From IMG/VR virus record IMGVR_UViG_3300027969_002350, positions 26,494 to 90,493 of that record: a stretch of DNA of 64,000 nt; one strand, written 5' to 3'. Position numbers and translations under genes: made by a program. The notes beneath the pieces are model-generated. The model saw nothing but the letters and a program-made list of their open reading frames with translations, was not told the DNA's origin and ran no database searches. Each line of letters opens with the position of its first letter. Positions within the stretch are counted from its first letter, which is position 1. This DNA is from a virus. Shown in pieces: positions 36,513-46,034 of the stretch.

Positions 36513-37523
36513 TTAATATTTAGGTAACTCGAAACCAAATAATGGTAATGCGCTTTGATTTAATAATGCAGGCCATCCTAGTCCCTTGCCAGGACTAATA
36601 TGTACATGTTTGAACCATATGCTTTGATTTGAATCAAGTTCTACTAATGGTAATCCTAATTGTGCTTTTAAATCCGTCATTAATTTATGACTGCGTTCAT
36701 TAATATACTCACCTTGTTTTAATTGTAATATTTGATTATCCCATAACTTATTAAACCAGTCATAGTCTGAAATTACAGTATGATCAAAGTAGTCCAGATA
36801 TAGCATGTGGGCCGCTAACCGAGCACCATATATAACCCAATCTCCGTTTTCTACATCGCGTCCCACTGTCATCCAAATTAACCAACGTGCAAAGTTAGCT
36901 GGGTACATTTTATGTTTAAAATCCTTAGGAGATACTTTATGTCCTTGATCGAGGCCCATTTTAACACCTTCACGAAAGCCCGCTCTAAATGCTTGTTTAG
37001 GAGTTGCATTATTATAAACAACGCCATAAGTATTGTTCATTTGTTTGTACTGATCTGCATCCCAGCAAAAATCAACATTATGAGTACTATCGCCTTTTGC
37101 TGCCGCTTCGTGGCTTTTCATATTTTTAACATGTTCAGAATACCATAATTTAATTCCGCCATTACCATAGACTAAGCCATTGACGATATTACGACTACTC
37201 CAACTTAGTGTAGCAAATTTGATATCAGAAGTAATCTCGATACTTTTTTTCCATATTTCACTATCTACAAAACAATCAGCATCTACTGTAAAAAATCTAT
37301 CAGTGCCTGCGGTTTCTGCAGCCGCTTTGTGTGCCGCATCAAAGCCTTTGACTCCGTGTACCCTGTACACTAATTCCGGATTAGGATGATTGTTTTTTAA
37401 ATGATTATAATTATCATCTGCATTAGGCTCATCAAAACTTAAAAACACAACAGGTGGTGTTTTTAATTGTATTATTTGATTTTTTTTATTTAATCCGCTA
37501 TCAAAAGAATTTATTAAACTCAT
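36513..37523 (-). CDS. Putative glycosyltransferase (GT-A-like, VDAD family)
   Basis: FLSFDEP, GVKGFDAAH, TVDAD, NGLVYGNGGIKLW, GFREGVK. Confidence 0.6.
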   Translation of the reverse strand: MSLINSFDSGLNKKNQIIQLKTPPVVFLSFDEPNADDNYNHLKNNHPNPELVYRVHGVKGFDAAHKAAAETAGTDRFFTVDADCFVDSEIWKKSIEITSDIKFATLSWSSRNIVNGLVYGNGGIKLWYSEHVKNMKSHEAAAKGDSTHNVDFCWDADQYKQMNNTYGVVYNNATPKQAFRAGFREGVKMGLDQGHKVSPKDFKHKMYPANFARWLIWMTVGRDVENGDWVIYGARLAAHMLYLDYFDHTVISDYDWFNKLWDNQILQLKQGEYINERSHKLMTDLKAQLGLPLVELDSNQSIWFKHVHISPGKGLGWPALLNQSALPLFGFELPKY

Positions 37524-38238
37524 TCCTCATCCATTCATAATCGTTAATTAACTGTAAAGAAGACTTATCTTCTTTACAGTTTTCTCCATATTTTTTTCCT
37601 TGTATTGCACCTGCAATACAATATTTTCCAAATTTCTTATTTTTTCCAACTGTTGTCCAAATATTTAATCTATGCTCTGCTTCTTTTTTTAGCTTAGAAA
37701 TTTCATCTTGATGCAATATATCAACAATTTCTTTATTTGTTATATTAGTTGCTAGTTTAGCACACTCCCTAAATGCACTTCTAAATGTGTTAAACTCATC
37801 ATAATTAAATGCAGTTATGTTACTAACTTTGTCAATTACTTTAGTTGTTAATCCAAAGCCGGTTGTAAAATCAATAACATCTTTATCATCACATAATAGA
37901 GGTTGCTTAGGTAATATTTTAACACCTCCGTGGCCATAAATCAAGTCATTTATTGGATTTATGCTGTACCAAATATAAATGCTGTTGCTTTCAGGTTGGC
38001 CCCAGAGATCTAAATATTTAGATGGAGTAAAGTTAAAATTAAAATTGTCGACTATTATTGCGTCGCTGTCGACAACATAAAAATTATCAGTGAAGCTTCT
38101 ACGAGCACATTCTTGATGAGCGGCGGCAAAACCTTTTACACCATTAACTCGTCTAGCATTTGGTACTAGCTCTTTGAGTCTGGCATAATTTTCATCTGCA
38201 TACGGCTCATTGTAACTAAGGAAAAAAACATCTAGCAT
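37501..38238 (-). CDS. Putative glycosyltransferase (GT-A-like, VDAD family)
   Basis: FLSYNEP, GVKG, VVDSD, YGHGGVK, AFRECAKL. Confidence 0.6.
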   Translation of the reverse strand: MLDVFFLSYNEPYADENYARLKELVPNARRVNGVKGFAAAHQECARRSFTDNFYVVDSDAIIVDNFNFNFTPSKYLDLWGQPESNSIYIWYSINPINDLIYGHGGVKILPKQPLLCDDKDVIDFTTGFGLTTKVIDKVSNITAFNYDEFNTFRSAFRECAKLATNITNKEIVDILHQDEISKLKKEAEHRLNIWTTVGKNKKFGKYCIAGAIQGKKYGENCKEDKSSLQLINDYEWMRNEFNKFF

Positions 38239-38262
38239 TATACTAGTATTTAATATTTTTAC

Positions 38263-39735
38263 TCACGTTACTACCGGTACGTTGTACTTTAAGTAGAAGT
38301 CTCGAGCATCTTGAATATTATTAACCATTGGATGTCCTTTGATGTTCAAGCTAGTATTAAGTAACATTGGACAGCCAGTAAGGCTATGCCAATCTTCGAG
38401 TAGTTTTCTAAAGCCAGGACTATCATTCTTACTAACAGTTTGTACACGACTAGTGCCATCTTTGTGTATAATAGCAGGAAACTCTTCTGGACGAGTACAC
38501 TTAGCAACAAATTGCATAAACGGGCTCGCTGTTATGTTTGTAGGCATATCAAAATAATTGTGGACATACTCTTCTAAGATTGCCGGTGCGAATGGTCTGA
38601 ATTGTTGTCTGCGTTTGATTGCGTTAACGGTGTCTTTGATTTCTGATCCACGGGGGTCTGCCAGTAGACTGCGGTGGCCAAGTGCTCTAGGACCAAACTC
38701 TGCACGTCCGGAGGCAACGCCCACAATTTTATCTTTTGTAAGTACGCTAATAGTTTCATCAACTGGATATTCCTTTCCCATGTTTGTGCCAAGATACGCA
38801 CCCGGCCAATTAACTTGCTCGCCAAAGAAAGCGGCAACTGCACCAACACTACTTCCGGCATCTCCTGGATTTGGCATGATCCATACCTTGTCCCAGTCCC
38901 CTGTAATCTCACTGTTGGCCACACAATTAAGAGCACAGCCGCCCATTAATACAATGTTCTTGCTAGGTAAGTTTGCTCTTGCCCAACGACTAATACCTTG
39001 TAATATTTCAGTATACACTTGTTGAGTTGCGGCAGCAATATCAAATGTATCTTGTTCTTTTAATAAATCCAAACGCCAATCAGGACAGCCACGATGTAAG
39101 TTACGTTTGAATTTAACTTCTGGACCGTTGACTACTGCGAAGAAATCTTCATATATAGCTGCCTTGTGTTTGTTGGGATCACCATAAGCAGCCATACCCA
39201 TGAGAATATATTCTTCTTCGTTGGGCTTTAATCCTATGCGCTGTGTCATAGCACTGAACCAAAGTCCGAGACTATCTGGATACCCTTGTGTATACACTTT
39301 CTTTAGTTCATTGCCTGCGCCTTGCCATACAGTAAGAGTTTCAAATTCGCCTATGCTGTCAATAACAACAACTGTGGCATCATTTAGTCCACTTGTATAA
39401 TAACCAGCGGCAGCATGGCTTTTATGATGTTCACCTATAACTAAAGGTTGATTCAAATTGTATTTTGCTAGATAAGATTTAACATCATTCTCTTTAGTTC
39501 TATCACCCTGGCCAGCAGTATATTGTCTAGCTGTTTTTAAGTCAGGATTTTCATACCAAACAATTAAGTCCGGCCGACCATATTGTTCAGCATCTTCGAT
39601 AATGCCGGCGCAAAGATCTCCGTCATTTTTAATTCCAGAGTATCGTTCGCTATGTGCCGCAAATTGTAATTGTTTATCGTGCCAAACTGATACGGCTGCA
39701 TCGTGACTATTAGCACTAATTCCCCAAATGTTCAT
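38263..39735 (-). CDS. Carbamoyltransferase (NodU/CmcH/TobZ family)
   Basis: HDAA, SERYSGIK, HHKSHAA, GGCALN, GDAG, EFGPRALGHRS, LNTSLN. Confidence 0.95.
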   Translation of the reverse strand: MNIWGISANSHDAAVSVWHDKQLQFAAHSERYSGIKNDGDLCAGIIEDAEQYGRPDLIVWYENPDLKTARQYTAGQGDRTKENDVKSYLAKYNLNQPLVIGEHHKSHAAAGYYTSGLNDATVVVIDSIGEFETLTVWQGAGNELKKVYTQGYPDSLGLWFSAMTQRIGLKPNEEEYILMGMAAYGDPNKHKAAIYEDFFAVVNGPEVKFKRNLHRGCPDWRLDLLKEQDTFDIAAATQQVYTEILQGISRWARANLPSKNIVLMGGCALNCVANSEITGDWDKVWIMPNPGDAGSSVGAVAAFFGEQVNWPGAYLGTNMGKEYPVDETISVLTKDKIVGVASGRAEFGPRALGHRSLLADPRGSEIKDTVNAIKRRQQFRPFAPAILEEYVHNYFDMPTNITASPFMQFVAKCTRPEEFPAIIHKDGTSRVQTVSKNDSPGFRKLLEDWHSLTGCPMLLNTSLNIKGHPMVNNIQDARDFYLKYNVPVVT

Positions 39736-40799
39736 CGGTATATAAACGGATCTCTTTTGCGTAGTTCTTCTAAGCGTTTTTTAAGTTTAATTTGAAATTG
39801 AACTTCAGGATGTTCGTAATCGAATGTTTTATAATGATCTAATAAATCAGTAATTTTTTTTGTCAAGGCCAATTTAAACTTATCATAATCGATGCTTGAA
39901 ATAATAGCTCTATATTCATTGCTATTAAAACCATAATGTCCACTAACACTTACTGCAATATTCTTGTCAGTAATGCCTTCAGGGACCCATCGTTGCCAAA
40001 AATTTAAACTATAAATAAAATCTTCAAATCTTAGCCATAAATCTGTAGGAGCAAACTCTTTTAATAAATCTGTTTGTACTTTGCCTAACTGTGGAGCAAT
40101 ATTTAAACTATCTATACCTGCTGTTATTCTATTTTGTATGTCTTCTTCTGTAAAATAGTCCGCATTATGTTCTTTAAATAAAAACCCTGCCGCACGTATT
40201 TGTTCTCCAATTTCTTGATTACGGTTGATATCAAATGTACCTGCTTGATTATCCTTAGTTAAACTGCCTGTTTGCGTAACAAAGAATTTAATATTTTTCT
40301 TATATGGATTTAAAAATCCTAGCTGTACATCTATTCTAGCAAGACTACTGTTAATATCTATACCTGTGTTGTCTTCACTGCCAAACTCTAACATGATGTC
40401 TGGATTCAAACTTAGCGCATATTCAATTAATCTCTTTGCGTAGTATAGTTGGTTATCGTCAATACGACTAACGTCAATATGAATTAAATCAAAACCATTA
40501 GCAATGTCGGCGGCTATAGTTTTCATACAACGATCTATGGCATCCTCTAATGGTAGTCCTCGATCTAAATCACTGAAGTATGGTCCGCAATGATCTCTGC
40601 ATAATAGTAAATTTAGATTTTTATATTGTTTTATCTGTTTAACTAATTCAGTAGTAGTACAAACATAACCAGTAACATAGTCTACTTGGTTTCTACTTGC
40701 AATAATCATTAATGGATAGTTGTTTTCTTTTGTGTATGTTGCAAGAATTTCAATAATCTCTTTACTCATTGGGCCAAAGCCCAATTTAAACTGTTTCAT
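39732..40799 (-). CDS. GatZ/KbaZ-like (tagatose-bisphosphate aldolase/epimerase-type) TIM-barrel protein with a C-terminal basic RDPFIY extension
   Basis: ASRNQVD, RDHCGP, IHID, EHNADY, NIAPQL; start reassigned to 40799. Confidence 0.75.
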   Translation of the reverse strand: MKQFKLGFGPMSKEIIEILATYTKENNYPLMIIASRNQVDYVTGYVCTTTELVKQIKQYKNLNLLLCRDHCGPYFSDLDRGLPLEDAIDRCMKTIAADIANGFDLIHIDVSRIDDNQLYYAKRLIEYALSLNPDIMLEFGSEDNTGIDINSSLARIDVQLGFLNPYKKNIKFFVTQTGSLTKDNQAGTFDINRNQEIGEQIRAAGFLFKEHNADYFTEEDIQNRITAGIDSLNIAPQLGKVQTDLLKEFAPTDLWLRFEDFIYSLNFWQRWVPEGITDKNIAVSVSGHYGFNSNEYRAIISSIDYDKFKLALTKKITDLLDHYKTFDYEHPEVQFQIKLKKRLEELRKRDPFIYR

Positions 40800-41526
40800 A
40801 TTGTTTGCTTTCAATTTCGTTGTATACTTGTTCGTTGGACTTAATTCCTGTGTAGATTTCAAATTGCTTTAAAAACTGAGCCTTATAAAACTCACGTCCA
40901 GATACATATTTAACTCTAGCAATCTTACATTGTTCTTGCAATTCGTTGTCTTTAATTGCCAAGTCAATAACTATCCTAGCATCTGGAGGTATTTGTCCAA
41001 GCCTATAAGGACTGTCAAAAGTGCTAGTGCCTAGTGCAGTACAATTAATCACTACATCACTGTAAGAATAACGATTATTCCATGTTCCGGCATTTTTGGT
41101 ACAGACATTTAAGTTACCGTAATGTTGTTCTTCTAAATATTTAACAAACATACTACCAATGGCTCCGCCACCTAAAATAGTGATTTTGTCATTTTGTCGA
41201 ATTTCTTTACAAACATATTCAACACCTGCAAGATCAGCATTGTATCCGTGTGTTATACCTTTGTCTATTCTTATAGTGTTACAACTGTTATACATATCAA
41301 CATACGGATGCTGATTATTTAACAATGGCATTACTACTCGTTTGAATGGCATGCTTATGCTAATACCGCTAACGCCGGCTTCGATTGCATCTTTAATACT
41401 TTGTTCAACATTATCACAGGCTAATGCAGTATAGGTTGCATTTATGTTATAGTGCTTGAAGAATTCTGTATAAAAGTATTCACCAGTCTTTCCTGGATAC
41501 TGACTTAGGCTTATAAATTTTTTCAT
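40786..41526 (-). CDS. Shikimate dehydrogenase (AroE)-like oxidoreductase
   Basis: SMPFK, CNT, YNAD, LGGGAIG, INCT. Confidence 0.75.
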   Translation of the reverse strand: MKKFISLSQYPGKTGEYFYTEFFKHYNINATYTALACDNVEQSIKDAIEAGVSGISISMPFKRVVMPLLNNQHPYVDMYNSCNTIRIDKGITHGYNADLAGVEYVCKEIRQNDKITILGGGAIGSMFVKYLEEQHYGNLNVCTKNAGTWNNRYSYSDVVINCTALGTSTFDSPYRLGQIPPDARIVIDLAIKDNELQEQCKIARVKYVSGREFYKAQFLKQFEIYTGIKSNEQVYNEIESKQYETV

Positions 41527-41861
41527 CGTTTGTATGCTCTTATCTGTTTTATTTTATTATCTTGATCAAACTCTATAACGTCAACTACCTGTGCTACTAT
41601 TGAATTATTAATTATAACTTTTATTTCTGCTATAACTGTGTCTAATCCTACAGCAATTTTATCGACATCAATTCTTATTGCTTCAACCGAGTTAAAGAAG
41701 TTTTGATTAAATTTTAAAATATTATCTTTACCTACTATTTGCACTTCCCAGTCTGTTAATACGATGCTATCACTGAACAATACTTCTAATGATGCGGCAT
41801 CTTTTTTACAGAAGCTTTGAAAGTACATTAATGCTATTTGGCTCTGTGTTGGATTACTCAT
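41523..41861 (-). CDS. SnoaL/NTF2-like protein
   Basis: 112 aa; YFQSF..KD...LFSD.I.L.DW...VVDVIEFD...KI..IRAY pattern. Confidence 0.75.
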   Translation of the reverse strand: MSNPTQSQIALMYFQSFCKKDAASLEVLFSDSIVLTDWEVQIVGKDNILKFNQNFFNSVEAIRIDVDKIAVGLDTVIAEIKVIINNSIVAQVVDVIEFDQDNKIKQIRAYKR

Positions 41862-43386
41862 TATCTAGCTCCGCAAATAGTTTAATGCCTAAGTACCATA
41901 AGAATATATCAAATGGCGCAGTATGCAATGGACTCATGTTCCAAAAAATAATTGGTATCAGTTGTTGTACTTTTTTGTAGTCTAAATTGTTAGTCAAAAT
42001 ATACTTCTTTAAACGTTCCTGATATACTGTAATATGTTCTACACTAGGGATACTCAGCGTTACACTATCATTATCAATTTCAATGTTAAAGTTATGATTC
42101 TTAATGTTAGCGTAGTTAATAATTAACCCACCTGCCATCTTGGCCAAGTCATAGTATATATCACCATATTCAACTATGCCTGCAAACTCGTGTCGCCAAT
42201 CTATAATTTTAAACTCTCCGCTGTCACTGATTACGATATTATCAAACTGCAAATCACCGTGTAAGAATCCCGGGCGTGTAACAGTAGATAGATATTCCCA
42301 ATCTATTTTATTGAGATAATAACTATAATCTTTGACTGTAACACCATCAATGTTAGTAACATTTTTTATGTTAGGATACTTTTCCAAAAACTTACTAATA
42401 CGGGCTAGACTTTTTGTTTTATAAAACTCAATACTTGCGGCATGTATGTCAGCATCGCAGTCTTTCCATACATTTGTTTCTAGCCAATTTAATAATTCAC
42501 CGAATGCCACCGGGTTATTAAACTCGTAGAGCGTCTTACCAGGAAAGAAATCATAGGCCATGTAGTTACCGCTGTGCGTACAGTTACCGGGGAATACGTA
42601 AGGATTAGCCAGTACTTTATCATATTTCTTTTTTGCTATGCTATTATCTAGCCACCATTTGACAACTCTATTGTTACATATATAAGTTACTTCGTCTTTT
42701 TTTGTAAAGTCGAACTTTTGACTTTTACTTAATTCAGTTTGATAAATTGTAGGACTACCAAAGTCTAACCACGAGTTAAGACTGGCTGTGTCACTGCCTA
42801 ATTTAATAATACCAATAAATTCATTGCTGTTACTTGATTCTAGTTTAGCAAAGAAATCTGTGTAATCATTAATATACATTAAACCTGTAAATGCTGTCCA
42901 GAATTTAGGAGCACGTTGTTTAAATCTAATATCTGTAATACGGAAACTATTACCAGTATTAAACATTGTATATAGATGTGTGTCTTGTTCAGGAACTTGC
43001 TTGACAAAATAACAATCATTATTACTGACTTTGCTTACCACTTGTTCGTCAAAGTATGTATCGCAAGGTACATACCAAAAAGGTGTATTGATTAAATCTC
43101 GACATTGCAATAACGTATATCCAGTACCAGACTTTGCACTAGTCCAATCATCAATGTCTATGAATTCAATGTTTCTGTCGCTGTATGCTACACTACAAAA
43201 GTCTATAATTTGTTCTTTGAAATAACCTACAGGTATAATAAATTTTGTATCTTTGGGAAAACTATCAATAATATGTGCCAACACCGGCTTATCTTTATAA
43301 GGTAATAATGCTTTATTAAGATTTTTGGTATAATTGCCCATTCTACTACCCGTGCCAGCAGTAGGTATAATAACAGTATTACTCAT
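41854..43386 (-). CDS. Bifunctional sugar nucleotidyltransferase plus APH/choline-kinase-like phosphotransferase
   Basis: N-terminal PTAGTGSRM...KALLP; C-terminal HGDLQFDN, IIDWR, YDLAK; start at 43386. Confidence 0.85.
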   Translation of the reverse strand: MSNTVIIPTAGTGSRMGNYTKNLNKALLPYKDKPVLAHIIDSFPKDTKFIIPVGYFKEQIIDFCSVAYSDRNIEFIDIDDWTSAKSGTGYTLLQCRDLINTPFWYVPCDTYFDEQVVSKVSNNDCYFVKQVPEQDTHLYTMFNTGNSFRITDIRFKQRAPKFWTAFTGLMYINDYTDFFAKLESSNSNEFIGIIKLGSDTASLNSWLDFGSPTIYQTELSKSQKFDFTKKDEVTYICNNRVVKWWLDNSIAKKKYDKVLANPYVFPGNCTHSGNYMAYDFFPGKTLYEFNNPVAFGELLNWLETNVWKDCDADIHAASIEFYKTKSLARISKFLEKYPNIKNVTNIDGVTVKDYSYYLNKIDWEYLSTVTRPGFLHGDLQFDNIVISDSGEFKIIDWRHEFAGIVEYGDIYYDLAKMAGGLIINYANIKNHNFNIEIDNDSVTLSIPSVEHITVYQERLKKYILTNNLDYKKVQQLIPIIFWNMSPLHTAPFDIFLWYLGIKLFAELDNE

Positions 43387-43819
43387 GTTCGTAACTAACT
43401 CTTCCATGTGTCCTACCACCGTCATCTTGTAAACGAATTACATCATCCAGTTCGGTGGTACTGGTTTCCATAAACTCTAAATCTGTCGTGGCCATAACAC
43501 GATGAACATAACCTGGAGTTACATTAAATACAACACCTTCTTTAAGATCGATAACTTCAAATGTAGATTCGTATTCTTCAACTTGTTTACTAGTCATGCC
43601 ATGTTCTAAAAACTTTGCAATATCTAATGGTTCCTTACTACGATGTAATACACCCGTGCCGCTTAAAACATAGTTAGTTTCTATTTTGTATTCGTGTACT
43701 TGTAAACTAGTCCTATTACCTGCTTTAAATAAGATTCGTTTGCTGGCGTAAGGAGTAGCAGAGCCATCAGCAATCCACAATTCATAACCCCAGTGTTTAG
43801 TTACTTTTTTTATGCTCAT
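43379..43819 (-). CDS. Cupin (type II mannose-6-phosphate isomerase-like)
   Basis: KHWGYE, SLQVH..K.ET, VHR, DDVIRLQD. Confidence 0.85.
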   Translation of the reverse strand: MSIKKVTKHWGYELWIADGSATPYASKRILFKAGNRTSLQVHEYKIETNYVLSGTGVLHRSKEPLDIAKFLEHGMTSKQVEEYESTFEVIDLKEGVVFNVTPGYVHRVMATTDLEFMETSTTELDDVIRLQDDGGRTHGRVSYEHE

Positions 43820-44456
43820 TTGTATTTCCTATTATAAAATTATACATTCTATTTGCTACTTCGATATGGCCTTGTTCATTAAAATGCCAATCTCCCTGCG
43901 GTGAATTAAACAATGGATCTAACCAATATTCTTTATGTAAGTCTAACCAATTTTTCCAATTGATATAATCTCCGGGTGCCGTAATTAAATTATTAACTTT
44001 TGTATACTGTGTTTCATCAATGAGCCAAGTATACACATTTTTATATCCAAGGTGCTGTAATGTTTGAATTTTTTTATGCCATCGACTTTCGTTGTGTATA
44101 ACAATAATTTCACATCCTTTTAGTAATAAACCCAGGTCGCCTTGGCTATCTCGTTTTACTAATTCTTCAAATGTAACTCTACTAAAAAAACTAGGATTAA
44201 TTATAACATAGTCTTCTTTATCCCAGGTCATTATATCTTCGTCTATCCTGTCGTTAATGTAATTCCAACCAGCGCCGGCACAGCTTTTAGTTATGCATTT
44301 AAGATTTAATTTATTAGCAAGGTGCGTTCCCCAATAATCTGTTCCATGAAAGTATCTAGATTTATCTGCATTGAAAATAGTAGGTAACTCATTAGGAACA
44401 AGTCCAAAAGGTTCACTAAAACTACAACCATAAATCCAAAGTTTATTCATTTCCAT
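43797..44456 (-). CDS. SGNH/GDSL-fold protein
   Basis: YGCSFS, GAG, DWHFNEQGH. Confidence 0.65.
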   Translation of the reverse strand: MEMNKLWIYGCSFSEPFGLVPNELPTIFNADKSRYFHGTDYWGTHLANKLNLKCITKSCAGAGWNYINDRIDEDIMTWDKEDYVIINPSFFSRVTFEELVKRDSQGDLGLLLKGCEIIVIHNESRWHKKIQTLQHLGYKNVYTWLIDETQYTKVNNLITAPGDYINWKNWLDLHKEYWLDPLFNSPQGDWHFNEQGHIEVANRMYNFIIGNTNEHKKSN

Positions 44457-45244
44457 TCATTTTCTTTTAACTTTGCTAATACTATATTGTATGCTTCTTC
44501 ATGTCCTTCTGGGCCAGTGTGCCATGTTTTAATCTCGTCAGGATATTTGACACTCAATTCACCCCACGATAGTCTAACTAAATTTTCTTCATCCATATAC
44601 TTAGCATACCCTTCGGGCTCTTGAGTTAACATTAAATGTTTAATATTATTTTTCTTTAACAATCGATGTGCCATTGTCATCACTCCAATACTATGTAGTC
44701 GATTTATCCTAGGATCATGTACAGTCGTAGCAAAGTCATACAATGTTTTAATACGTTCTTTTGGTTCATTTTGAAATCTAGCGTAATAGCCAGAATATTT
44801 GTCATCTTTTCTAAATGTTTCCCAATAGTCGATTACGCCCATATAGTTTTCAGTGAACATGCCTCCTTTATAGTTAGGATCATCTTGCATAGGATGTTTG
44901 TCTAATACTTGATGATATGTTTCTACTCTATAAGGAGGGTATTGATGATAATTAACATCAACATTGGTTATTTCATGTCCAAACTCATAGTCCAGTGGAA
45001 ACCAATCAACTCTGTCGTAACTTGTATGACTTACTAATACGATGTCATCTTTAGTGGCAATATTTTTTACTGCATATTCTGCCTGTAAGTATATACTAAG
45101 ATTTGTACTCGATCCTTTAGCAAGATTAACTAATTCTCGTTTAAGTTTTTTTGATAGTAATACTCCATAAGGTTCGGTATGTAAATCTATACACCCAATA
45201 CCAATATTAAAACTGTCACCGCATATTATTAATTTTTTAGACAT
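44447..45244 (-). CDS. SGNH/GDSL-fold protein
   Basis: CGDSF, NLAKGSSTN, WHTGPEGH; start at 45244. Confidence 0.65.
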   Translation of the reverse strand: MSKKLIICGDSFNIGIGCIDLHTEPYGVLLSKKLKRELVNLAKGSSTNLSIYLQAEYAVKNIATKDDIVLVSHTSYDRVDWFPLDYEFGHEITNVDVNYHQYPPYRVETYHQVLDKHPMQDDPNYKGGMFTENYMGVIDYWETFRKDDKYSGYYARFQNEPKERIKTLYDFATTVHDPRINRLHSIGVMTMAHRLLKKNNIKHLMLTQEPEGYAKYMDEENLVRLSWGELSVKYPDEIKTWHTGPEGHEEAYNIVLAKLKENEWK

Positions 45245-46034
45245 TGCCGACTCTTTCTTCCCACCATTCATACTGTTTAGATCTTAGATCTTTAACGCTA
45301 TATTCGATATTTAACATTCCATTAGTAAACATTTCTGTTGTATTATCTCTTAAAATTACAGTCTCTAAATAACGCTGTAGCAAATCATCAATGGTTATTC
45401 CTCGTTCGATTAAATATCTTGCTAATAGACTATGTACATCGTACTTGTGTATAATAGTATCATTGTAAAATTGTACATAATAATCAAAAAATCCGGCTAA
45501 TAGTTTAAACATTTCCCAATCAACCATTAAACAGATATCTGTTGTTGACAAGTAACCACTATTAATATCTGTATTTAATGGGCCTACACCATGTACATGT
45601 TTAGGTATCGGTAGTTGACTATCAAAAGTTCTTATAGGTATTCGGTGAGTAAGATAAAGATCTGGGCGTATTAATAATATCTTATTATATTGTTTTGTTG
45701 ACTGAACAATTTCTAATAACTGATAAGCATATTTCCATTTAAATGCCATTCCTATAGTAGGATGATATACTAGTTCAGGATGTGATTTTAAAGTCTGTTC
45801 AGAAAACATCATTTTGGTATTTAACAAAATGTTAACAGATGAAAATACCACACTAATTTTATCAATGACACTTGATATAACATCGATTGTTGTATTTTCT
45901 TGCAATGTAGTAGATTGCGGATTATAAATTTTATCCTCTGTAATTAAATAATAGTCAGCGTCAATTAACCAACTACTAGATGCATTGACTAGATGCCGCA
46001 TAACACCAGAAACTATTACTGCTGTATTTGTCAT
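45237..46034 (-). CDS. Putative glycosyltransferase-like protein (SGxxR...RxD family)
   Basis: AVIVSGVMR, LLIRPD. Confidence 0.45.
   Translation of the reverse strand: MTNTAVIVSGVMRHLVNASSSWLIDADYYLITEDKIYNPQSTTLQENTTIDVISSVIDKISVVFSSVNILLNTKMMFSEQTLKSHPELVYHPTIGMAFKWKYAYQLLEIVQSTKQYNKILLIRPDLYLTHRIPIRTFDSQLPIPKHVHGVGPLNTDINSGYLSTTDICLMVDWEMFKLLAGFFDYYVQFYNDTIIHKYDVHSLLARYLIERGITIDDLLQRYLETVILRDNTTEMFTNGMLNIEYSVKDLRSKQYEWWEERVGNV

Noticed and set aside
38339-39400. Several antisense or alternative-frame ORFs within the carbamoyltransferase (and similar shadow ORFs elsewhere in the track)
   Set aside because: Fully nested in a well-supported gene, with no RBS or motifs
40786-41526. Calling this a true aroE auxiliary metabolic gene
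   Set aside because: The N-terminal shikimate-binding segment looks divergent and the context is a sugar cassette; kept as AroE-like without a symbol
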